Source: Protoeuglena noctilucae
Taxonomy: Eukaryota
NCBI GenBank assembly: GCA_958009085.1
Contig: OY253687.1
Location: 867,259 to 887,258 of the forward strand
Direction of reading: 5' to 3'
DNA: 20,000 nucleotides
Below, piece by piece: positions 12,401 to 20,000 of this stretch (positions are counted from its first letter, which is position 1; each line of letters opens with the position of its first letter). The notes under the pieces were generated by a model. The model had not been told where the DNA came from. It saw only the letters and a list, made by a program, of their open reading frames with translations, and did not search any database. The translations under genes and the position numbers were made by a program.

Positions 12401-13828
12401 ACGCGTGGGAGCGCCTGCGTGGCGATGGCGGCGATTGGGCCGACGAGAAGACCAAGGTCCTCATGGAGGCCATCCGGGGCATCCTGGACACCATCCCCCT
12501 CGTGCGGGGGACGATGCGGGACAAGGAGGTGCTCCGACAACTGGCTTTTCGGCGGGACCTGCAGGACCACTGGCGTAGCAAGCGCGTCTTGATGGTGAGG
12601 GACACTACCTTTCGATAGTTGCCGTGTGTGTCGCGCCGGGCGCATGTGACATGTGGGTTCTCCATGACGCCCTCGCTCTGCCTGCAGTTCGCGTTGTGGG
12701 GGTGCGACGTGTGCCTGGACTTGCCCCCAGCTGCCGGCATCTCGGCCATTACGTACTATGAGCGGCAGGACCGGCGCGGGACGCCGGCGCGATACCAGTG
12801 GCCCCCGGAGCTTGATGCCATGTTGGGCGAGGAGATCAAGGCCCGCATTCGAGGGGCCCTGAACTTGGGTGACAACGCCCCCTTCCCTTGCCCCGAGGAC
12901 GTCAAGGCCGAGCTGACCAAGAAGATGGGGAAGCAGGCACGGGAATGGCGGGCCGCGTCCCGCGAGCCAATTGCGGTGCGTGTGCGAGTCTGTGCGGCAA
13001 TGCGTTTTGCATGACGTCACCCAAATCTGTTGTGGAAAAGGGGGTTTCCATTACATGTCTGGATGCCACTCGTCCTTGATTTGTGCATGTAGGTGGCCAT
13101 GCAAGGCCGAATCCAGCAGCTCGGGCCGGTGCAAGACTGGCCACTCGATGACCTCAAGAGGCTCGTCATGGACAACTTCAGCAAGTACGCTGGCGCCGGG
13201 CAGCAGGGCGGGGGGGGGCAGAGGTGGTCGGCGGAAGCGAAGAAGATCGTCCGCGAGGTCGTCGAGCGCCACAAAGGAGCTTCGACGTCCGTTCCAAAGT
13301 TGGTGGTGAGTGGCGATAACGGGGGTTCGAGCGCGCAGATGCGCACGCGCCCGTATCCACTGGCATCCACCCATACACCCTGTGAGCCCTTCCTGCTCCC
13401 AGGCCAAGGTGCAAGAGGAGCTGCAGAAGAAGGGGTGTGAGGGGCGCAAGGATGGTGGCGTCGACTACATGGTGCGCGAAATCCTGAAAACGGCGGAGGG
13501 CGGCTCGGAGGGCGCGCGGCAGGCCAAGAGGCCGACTCAGGGCCGTTTGGCGGACGGGCGGCCGGCCAAGAAGGCGGGCCGGGGCGGCCGTGGGCGCGGC
13601 CGGCCGGCGAAGAAGGCGGCCCTAGGCGGCGCCAGGACGGGGGGCGTCGCGGAGGTGGGGGGTTCCGGTGGCGGGGGCGTGGGCGGGTGCGGGGGCGGGG
13701 ATAGCGATAGCGACGTGCAGCTTGTGGGGCTGTCAGCTCTCGGCGGCTCGGGGGGCGGCGCGGGAGTGGGGGGTCCCGGCGGTAGGGGCGCGGGTAGCGA
13801 CAACGACAGCGACGTCCAGCTGGTGTAA
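9469..13828 (+). CDS. Multi-exon orphan protein, ~990 aa: T5orf172/GIY-YIG-like motif + Myb/SANT-like repeats + AT-hook + SIM-like tail. Exons approx 9469..9503(?),9629..9985,10286..10427,10510..10589,10684..10714,10824..11157,11239..11354,11433..11891,11972..12163,12280..12594,12688..12975,13093..13305,13403..13828
   Basis: GC3-rich exon blocks linked by phase-consistent donors/acceptors. WTEEDKDLL...FGYFPGRSEDAIRSKA is Myb-like; RGRGRPAKK is an AT-hook. The 5' end (9405, 9469 or 9630) and the 10590-10683 junction are uncertain. Confidence 0.65.
11055..11133 (+). repeat. 36-bp in-frame tandem duplication (GAEGQAQPSEAA / GAEGQAPPSGAA)
   Basis: Units start GGGGCCGAGGGGCAGGC at 11055 and 11091; partial third unit at 11127. 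Confidence 0.85.
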
Positions 13829-13882
13829 GGGGGAGGCGCGAGGGTAGGTGGGGGGAGGGTGAAGGAGGGTGGGGGTGCTTTG

Positions 13883-16800
13883 AAAAGAAAAAAAAGCCCG
13901 CGGCGGGATCGGAGCCCGACACGTCAGCACCTAGTGCCGGGCACAGGGGGGCGAACCCCCACACTGGCCCCTTGGGAACCACACTCCCAGAGTGCGTGGG
14001 GGCTTTGCAGCGCGTCCCGGGGGCGGCAGCGTCGTTAGGCCACCTGAACGCGTGCGGTGAAGGCAGCGGCAACCCGGGACTTGGGGGACCGGATCTCGGG
14101 GACCTGGGTCCCCCGCTCTGTCCCACGAGGGGGGCGCCGCAGCCTTTGCAACACTCCGAACATGACGTGAAACCCTCGGCTACTGCTCCCGACTCTACTA
14201 GGCTCCCGCCCGCCGGCGCCCGCCTGAGGTTTCCTTGCGGGCACCCCGGAACAAGCACTGACGGGCAATAACCACTGTCCCTAGAGACCGAACCCGGACT
14301 TTGGGCCCTGGAGGACCGGCGACCTTGAACTCCTGCACGTCCAAGAAGCACCGAAAGAACATGTGCAGACTCACCACGTCCCGCGCACGCGCGAGCAGGC
14401 TACCCACACCATCACAGGAGTGCCATCTAGCAGACCCGGTGGGGCGCACCTTGCCGTGGCAGCCAAGCACGTCCCCCGCCAGCAGAAGGTGTACAGCTGC
14501 GCCAGGACAGAGCAAAGCATGCATATGGCGCCATGGAATACGCTGGCGAGCCCCCACCTGTTGCGGCCTCACCTAGGTCTTACCTGCAGCTGCTGGCACT
14601 GCCCCTGGGACACCCTCCCACGCGGACCTGCAATGCGGACCTTCCCGGCCGCTCACGCGGCAGCCGGGAAGCCCCGCCACGAGAACCTGCGGCCATTGGC
14701 GTGGGCGAGGACGAGCCTGTCACCCCGCTTCCCCAGCAGAGCAGCGAGGCGCCCTGCCCCAGTGACAGCAAGAGTGTCTTGGACCTCGGCTGCCACGATG
14801 GCGCCAAGCTGGGCATAGAGGCCTGCGGGCGTCGACGGGGAGCGCCAGGTCTCCCGAAGCTCTTGGCGGCACCTCCAGATGAGCTTGAAAGCCGCGCCCA
14901 CGATGACCGCCCACGAGTACTGCGTGAAACGGCTGGGGGAAGGGGGGACCAGGTGGAACACCGCCCGCGCCGAGAGGGCCGGGGCCCGCGCGGCCGCCTT
15001 GACCGTCTCCCACACCTCCTGGGCCCTGTCACAGGCCCAGAAGGCGTGGGCGACCGTGTCGTCGTGGGAGCACTGCTCGCCATCCCTGCGGAGGAGGGGG
15101 CACGTGGTGAGGTCGAGCCAGTAGCAGTGCGATGCGGTGGCACGCGCGTCGGCCAGCGTCAGCCACAGCGCCTCGTGCATCTGCGGAGACAGGGGGAGAG
15201 CGTTGATGGTCTTGAGAGCGGCATGCATGCCCGCCGCCGTGACCCCGCCCGGCCCGTCCTGGGCCTCCCCGAGCGCCCCGGCCCGGGACCACTCCTCCAC
15301 CTTGCGGGCGAGCCGCGAGGTGATGGAGGCCCGGTCGAAGGCCGCCCCCACCGCATGTCGAACCGTGTACTGCTGGAGCGGAAGGGGGACGGGCACTTCG
15401 TTGGGGCGCCGATGAGGCTCGAGGACCCACTGCGTGGAGGGGGTGACACGGGGCAGGTTGAGCTCCGCCCACCACGCGGGCTCGGGGGCCAGGCGGGGGG
15501 CGGAGTGCACAGCGACCGGCGCAGCCTGGGGGCGGGAAGGACGGGGGAGGAGTTGAGAGTCCTGCTGCGCGCAGTAAGCCGCCAGCGTGTGCTCCGCCCT
15601 CGCCAGGTCTGCGGGGGAGGGGACCTGGCCTGCGGCAAGGGAGCGGAGGTGAGCAGGGAGGGAGCCGCAGGCCGCAGGGGACAGAACCAGGCCCTGCCAA
15701 GGGTCCCATGCAACCAGGATGGCCACGAGCTGCTCAGCCACGCCCTCAAGCACCACACGGCTGGCATTGGCACGGGGAGGCACAGGCGCGCCCACAACGC
15801 CCAGCCCCTCAAGCGCCTTGCAAACCTGGATTATTACCCTTTTGACGGGGTCCTTGGCCGACGTCGTGTCGCCCAAGCGAAAGTGCAGCAGCCGCTCCCA
15901 GCGCGTGCCCCACAGCCGCCCGCACCACGACGCCTCCAGCACCTCCGAGGCCACGGCGCCCGGGGAGTCCCAGGCTATCTTGAGCCCTGCGGCCGCGGCT
16001 CGCACACGAAGGAGGTGACCCACACACCCCAGGCGAACTTTGGCCATCTTCCGAGCCTGCGGCGGGAACGAGCCATCAGCGAGAGGCAGCCCAGTGGCAG
16101 CGTCGACCAGCAAGTCCGAGGAGCCTGCGTCGGTAAGGAGGGAGAATGGGATCTCCAGGGAAGGCAACTGGGCAGCAGGCTGGGGCTCAGGGACAGGGGA
16201 GCGAGCCGGGGCGAGGGCCACAAGGGAGCCGAGCGCGGCAGGGGCCGCCAAAAGCGCCCCAAGGTAGGAGGGACCAGGGACACGAGCAGCCAAGGCAGCA
16301 CCCGCAGAGCTGGGCAACCTGGAGTCCCGAGAGAGCCATGCCACGCCGGGGCCGCCCAGGACCGTCAGGGCCCGGTCCAGCATATGGCGAGCCGGGCCAA
16401 AGCCCGGCGCGCCCGTGAGAATCTTTGCCAAAGTGCGCATGCGGCGCGCTGGGACATGCACGGTGGGCCGGGTCGCCCCCAGCCCACCCTCAGCGCGCGG
16501 GCCAAAGACCATGCAGTCAGCCGTGCGACGCCACAGGGAGCCAGCCGCGCGGTTGCCCTGCACCAGGGTGTTGACAAGCTTCTCCGCCTCTTGGTCCATA
16601 GAGGCGGGGGCGGGGGACGTCTCGAGTAGATAACTCGCCGTGCTTGCCACATAGGCACTGGCCGCCCCCGCCCTCCCCTGGATGGACAGATGCAACCCTG
16701 CGATGGCGGAACCACGCTGGATCATCACGCCCTGCGTGCGTGTCCAGACCTGGTGCAGGGCATCGCGGGTGTGGACACCCAGGTAGCGCACGCCCACGCC

Positions 16801-17682
16801 CAACCCCGTGGGCATGGACCAGCGGCAGCCCCGTGCCACCGCTGCTGCCTCCAATGAGGCGTGATCGCCCCTGCCAAGCCGGTAGACTGCCGTCTTGGCT
16901 GCATTGACCTCGAGGCCAGAGGCCGCGGCAAAGTCCTCCAGGGTCGCCGACAGCGCTTCCCATGCTGCGGGCAGGTCTGCGGTCAGGGCAGCTGCGTCAT
17001 CCGCGAAGAAGCGCGATGCCAGATCCTGCGGGGGAAGGCTGCCGAACGGCCCCGGGGGAAGAGAAACACCGAGCGCCCGCGGCTCGGATGCGGCGAGGGA
17101 CCGAAGGCGACAAGCCAGCGGCTCAATGGCAACGACGAACAGGAGGGGACTTAAGGGGCATCCTTGTTTCACCCCACGCTCTATAGAAAAGGGCCGGGAG
17201 CAGCCGCTCTCGAAGGCAAGTACAGCCTTCGACTCCACCTGGAGGGCCATCGCCGCCCCCACGAAGGGGGCGGGCAGGCCCGCATGGGTGAGGACGGCTT
17301 GGAGGTACTCATGGTCCAATGAATCGAAGGCCTTCTTGATGTCGAGGAACACTGCGTGGGCGGGACGGTTCTCGAGGGTCAGGGTCTCGTCAAGGAGCTG
17401 CAGCGTGGCGATATTAGCAATGATATCGCGGCCCGGGACGGAGGCCGCCTGGTCCCCGTGGACCAGGCGCTCCATGACGCTGGCATCGTCCCCCTCCTTG
17501 CGGAGGAGGCGATTGCCAAAGACCTTGGCCTCCGCCCTGCGGAGGGAGGTGAGGAGGGCGATGGGTCGGTAGTTGGTCCAGTCAGCTCTGGACCCCCCCT
17601 TATGCAGCAGCCGGATGGCTGCGTCCGAGAACCCAGCGGGAACAGGGTGGCCCTCGAGAAGACGGTTGGAAACATCAGCCAC
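13883..17682 (-). mobile_element. 5'-truncated L1/Tx1-clade non-LTR retrotransposon (RT ORF + ~760 bp 3' region + oligo-T/C tail)
   Basis: Contains the RT ORF below. The left boundary is inferred from an A-tract plus 43-nt motif repeated at 18830-18913. No ORF1, APE domain or TSD is visible. Confidence 0.8.
14653..17682 (-). CDS. Non-LTR retrotransposon ORF2, reverse transcriptase plus C-terminal zf-RVT; N-terminally truncated, 1009 open codons
   Basis: NYRPIALL, LDIKKAFDSLDH, GVKQGCPLSPLLF, FFADD, SGLEVNAAKT, YLGV, EGGLG and C-terminal C..C...DTVAHAFWAC...W...LIWRCR, all L1/Tx1-type motifs. Confidence 0.95.
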   Translation of the reverse strand: MADVSNRLLEGHPVPAGFSDAAIRLLHKGGSRADWTNYRPIALLTSLRRAEAKVFGNRLLRKEGDDASVMERLVHGDQAASVPGRDIIANIATLQLLDETLTLENRPAHAVFLDIKKAFDSLDHEYLQAVLTHAGLPAPFVGAAMALQVESKAVLAFESGCSRPFSIERGVKQGCPLSPLLFVVAIEPLACRLRSLAASEPRALGVSLPPGPFGSLPPQDLASRFFADDAAALTADLPAAWEALSATLEDFAAASGLEVNAAKTAVYRLGRGDHASLEAAAVARGCRWSMPTGLGVGVRYLGVHTRDALHQVWTRTQGVMIQRGSAIAGLHLSIQGRAGAASAYVASTASYLLETSPAPASMDQEAEKLVNTLVQGNRAAGSLWRRTADCMVFGPRAEGGLGATRPTVHVPARRMRTLAKILTGAPGFGPARHMLDRALTVLGGPGVAWLSRDSRLPSSAGAALAARVPGPSYLGALLAAPAALGSLVALAPARSPVPEPQPAAQLPSLEIPFSLLTDAGSSDLLVDAATGLPLADGSFPPQARKMAKVRLGCVGHLLRVRAAAAGLKIAWDSPGAVASEVLEASWCGRLWGTRWERLLHFRLGDTTSAKDPVKRVIIQVCKALEGLGVVGAPVPPRANASRVVLEGVAEQLVAILVAWDPWQGLVLSPAACGSLPAHLRSLAAGQVPSPADLARAEHTLAAYCAQQDSQLLPRPSRPQAAPVAVHSAPRLAPEPAWWAELNLPRVTPSTQWVLEPHRRPNEVPVPLPLQQYTVRHAVGAAFDRASITSRLARKVEEWSRAGALGEAQDGPGGVTAAGMHAALKTINALPLSPQMHEALWLTLADARATASHCYWLDLTTCPLLRRDGEQCSHDDTVAHAFWACDRAQEVWETVKAAARAPALSARAVFHLVPPSPSRFTQYSWAVIVGAAFKLIWRCRQELRETWRSPSTPAGLYAQLGAIVAAEVQDTLAVTGAGRLAALLGKRGDRLVLAHANGRRFSWRGFPAAA

Positions 17683-18458
17683 GACAAGCGCCGCCTCATC
17701 CGCGACATCACCCCACCGCCTGCCCCGCGCCCGACCAGGTGCAGACTCCGCCCACCGGGCCCCCAGATGCGCGATTGGCTGGCCGATACGACGAAAAAAG
17801 AGCCGTGCCCTTTTTGCGGCGATGCGAGCTATCGAATCAACTCAGAAAACGTGTGACGCGATGGAAGGACGCCAGACCGGATGTAGGGGCGATGTCAGCG
17901 TTCCACCCCACGGGCGCCACGTCTCTCGCCACTGTCTGAGCCCATCAACCCGTTGCTGCCAGCTCTGCCCCGACGTTTGTCCCCCGTCGCACCCTTTGCC
18001 AGCCCCCCCAAACGGGGCTGGTCTCTCACGTTGGCTGGAGCGTGATGATGAGCGATTCAACAGTCGAGGGGTGCTATGACTCTCAGAGCCACGCCTTGCG
18101 GCAGAAGTGCCGTCCCCCGGGGCAGCTGACACCCCGGGGTTTCCATCGTTGCAGTGCATATGGCACGTGGCCCGCCCCCGCTAGGTCGCCCCACCCTAAG
18201 GCAAAGGGGTCGCCCACCCCGGGTTCTTGCACCCCTAGCCCCCTCGCTGCGCCCGAAGGCAGAATTGCCGTCCCAGAGTGGGACGATGCAGCCGCGGGGG
18301 CTGGAGCACAGGCGACGCGCTGGCGACCCCCACGCGGACCCACCCGACCAGCGCCAGAGCCCCTGAAGGACCACGGGCGGGGAGGCCACGCGGCACGCGC
18401 AGCACCGTGGGTGTTGCCGCAGTATTAATTACGTCGGACCTTCGCAATGTGTATGTGA

Positions 18459-18532
18459 GGACTTGTGGCGCAGTTGGTGAGCGCATCGTGCTGATAACAC
18501 GGAGGTCGGAGGTTCAAGTCCTCCCAAGTCCA
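18459..18532 (+). tRNA. trnI-GAU: tRNA-Ile(GAT)
   Basis: Cloverleaf: acceptor GGACTTG/CAAGTCC, D-stem GCGC/GCGC, anticodon stem TCGTG/CACGG with loop CT-GAT-AA (18493-18495), T-arm GGAGG-TTCAAGT-CCTCC, discriminator A. TTTT just downstream; AT-rich TATTAATTA about 35 nt upstream. Confidence 0.93.
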
Positions 18533-18583
18533 CGTTTTGCTAGGTTCGATGGCAAAAAGGGCATGGAGGAAAAGGAGGAGAAG

Positions 18584-18664
18584 TGCGCTTGCCGGGACTC
18601 GAACCCGGACCTGCCGCGAACTCAGTCCTGGGAGGCGGCAATGATACCCTTTCACCACAAGCGC
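18584..18664 (-). tRNA. trnG-CCC: tRNA-Gly(CCC) with 10-nt intron (18619-18628)
   Basis: Acceptor GCGCTTG/CAAGCGC, anticodon stem GCCGC/GCGGC, loop CT-CCC-A[GGACTGAGTT]C, T-arm CCGGG-TTCGAGT-CCCGG. T4 and T5 runs downstream on the minus strand; TTAATATTA upstream. Confidence 0.92.
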
Positions 18665-18744
18665 GGAGGGGCTCATTCTGTCCTACAATGGGGAACAAAT
18701 GTAATATTAACGCGAACACCGCAACTCTGGCAGGAGCGCAGGGC

Positions 18745-18819
18745 GGCGCCATCGTGGCAGCCGAGGTCCAGGATACTCTGGCTGTCACTGAGGCAGGGCG
18801 CCTTGCTGCTCTGCTGGGG
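18745..18819 (+). mobile_element. 75-bp inverted fragment of the retrotransposon ORF2 3' coding end
   Basis: 70/75 identical to the reverse complement of 14731-14805 (GAIVAAEVQDTLAVT.AGRLAALLG). Confidence 0.92.
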
Positions 18820-18829
18820 CCGCTACCTG

Positions 18830-19691
18830 AAAAAAAAAAAAAGAAAAAAAAAGAAAAAAAAAAAAGAAAAGCCCGCGGCGGGATCGGAGCTCGACACGTC
18901 AGCACCTGGTGCCAGACGCGGGTGCCTCTCACTTCTCTGGACTGACTGACTTTCCTTCAACAAGGCTCACAGCTAAGGTCGCTGACCTATCTCTTGCCAC
19001 TCTTGCCCGGGGCCCTCGAGCAGTGGCTTCAGCTGCTTTGGCAGCGCCAGGGCCAGCAGCTACCAACACCAGGGAAGGTCGCATCAGCGGTGTAGCATAC
19101 ATCACCACCGCCTAGCCAAAAACAGGGCGAGGCCCTGGACCCGGCGAGCCGGTCAAGGGAGGGGTCCCTTGGAGAGTTACTTAGCAGGGCGAGGGGCCCT
19201 GGAGAGGGAAAGCCCCCTGAGGGACTGTAAGCACACCCCCCCAGGGGAGGGGAGGAGTGGAGGGGTCATGCAACGTCAGATACAGACGGGAGGGGGAGCA
19301 GGCGCCGCGTGGGATGCGGGACGAGGTGGATGTAGCGCCATAGCTACTGCTGCAGCACGGTAAGGACCACAGCAACCGGGGGGGTGCTGGGTGGACCCCC
19401 CACTCTGAGGGGGCCGACAAGTGGGGGCGGCCTACAAGTGCGGACAAGACGCAGCGGCGATTGGCCGGCGGCGGTGGGGGGGGAGAGGTGGGCAGCCGTG
19501 GCAGCCTACCCACCACAGGGGCACCGAGAACGCGCCAGGAGGCAGAGAAGACCACCTCTCTCTGCGCCTCGGGGCTGGCAGCCCCCTCAAGGTGGGGCGC
19601 GAGAGTGCAAGCCGATGGGGAAGGGGAGGGCGCACCCCACCCCCGGTGCTGGCTCGCGATCCATGCCGAACCACTTCCTCGCCTTCGTGAC
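18830..19691 (-). mobile_element. Probable 3' portion of a second related non-LTR element, capped by the telomere
   Basis: 41-nt G-interrupted A-tract (18830-18870) plus 43-nt motif 41/43 identical to 13896-13938. The remainder is not alignable by eye to copy 1, so its assignment is inferred. Confidence 0.5.
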
Positions 19692-20000
19692 GGGTTAGGG
19701 TTAGGTAGGGTTAGGGTAGGTTATGGGGGAGAGGTCAGTCAGGGGTAGGGTTAGGGTTAGGTTTTTTTGGCTTAGTTTTTTTTTGGCTTAGGGTTAGGGT
19801 TAGGTTAGGGTTAGGGTTAGGGTAGGGTTGGGTTAGGGTTAGGGTAGGGTTAGGGTTAGGGTTAGGGTTAGGGTTAGGGTTAGGGTTAGGGTTAGGGTTA
19901 GGGTTAGGGTTAGGGTTAGGGTTAGGGTTAGGGTTAGGGTTAGGGTTAGGGTTAGGGTTAGGGTTAGGGTTAGGGTTAGGGTTAGGGTTAGGGTTAGGGT
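19692..20000 (+). repeat. Telomere (TTAGGG)n, degenerate proximally and perfect from ~19850
   Basis: Direct reading; G-rich strand runs 5'->3' to the end of the window. Confidence 0.99.

Noticed and set aside
13824..13895. TGTAA plus A-tract as evidence that the orphan gene is a retrocopy
   Set aside because: The gene retains many introns, TGTAA is not seen after the other genes, and the A-tract travels with the repeated 43-nt motif.
13017..14351. 444-aa minus-strand ORF crossing the element end
   Set aside because: Low complexity; spans the T-tract and the antisense strand of the orphan gene's last exons.
14533..16629. 698-aa plus-strand ORF
   Set aside because: Antisense to the RT ORF, Arg/Gly/Pro-rich, no motifs.
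14653..17682. Zepp element or telomerase identity
   Set aside because: Motifs (YRPIALL, QGCPLSP, zf-RVT) are typical L1/Tx1 ORF2; no TERT T-motif and no Zepp-like features recognised.
18041..18128. C/D box snoRNA (GTGATGA...CTGA)
   Set aside because: No terminal stem and no recognisable rRNA guide.
18871..18950. HDV-like ribozyme (GCCCGCG can pair with CGCGGGT with a G-U first pair)
   Set aside because: No P3/P1.1 pairing can be formed, and the pairing is not kept in copy 1.

Overview
Right-hand end of a chromosome from a GC-rich, intron-containing green alga-like eukaryote (plant/green-algal gene types, mostly short 60-170 nt introns). From left to right: (1) a compact housekeeping block containing enolase with an ENO3-type N-terminal extension, a thylakoid-lumen PsbP-domain protein, an acyl-CoA-binding-domain protein and signal peptidase SEC11; (2) about 2.5 kb of non-coding or degenerate DNA with a diverged ~130 bp duplication; (3) a ~12-13-exon orphan gene (~990 aa) that, spliced by hand, appears to combine a T5orf172/GIY-YIG-like N-terminal motif, several Myb/SANT-like repeats, an AT-hook and two SUMO-interaction-like motifs; (4) a 5'-truncated but still open L1/Tx1-type non-LTR retrotransposon on the minus strand; (5) a convergent tRNA-Ile(GAT)/intron-containing tRNA-Gly(CCC) pair; (6) a second element end sharing the same 43-nt terminus and A-tract, running directly into (7) a TTAGGG telomere. 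Most unusual: both element ends point their 5' side at the telomere and end in a sense-strand oligo(T) rather than poly(A). All gene models were spliced by eye; no database searches were run.
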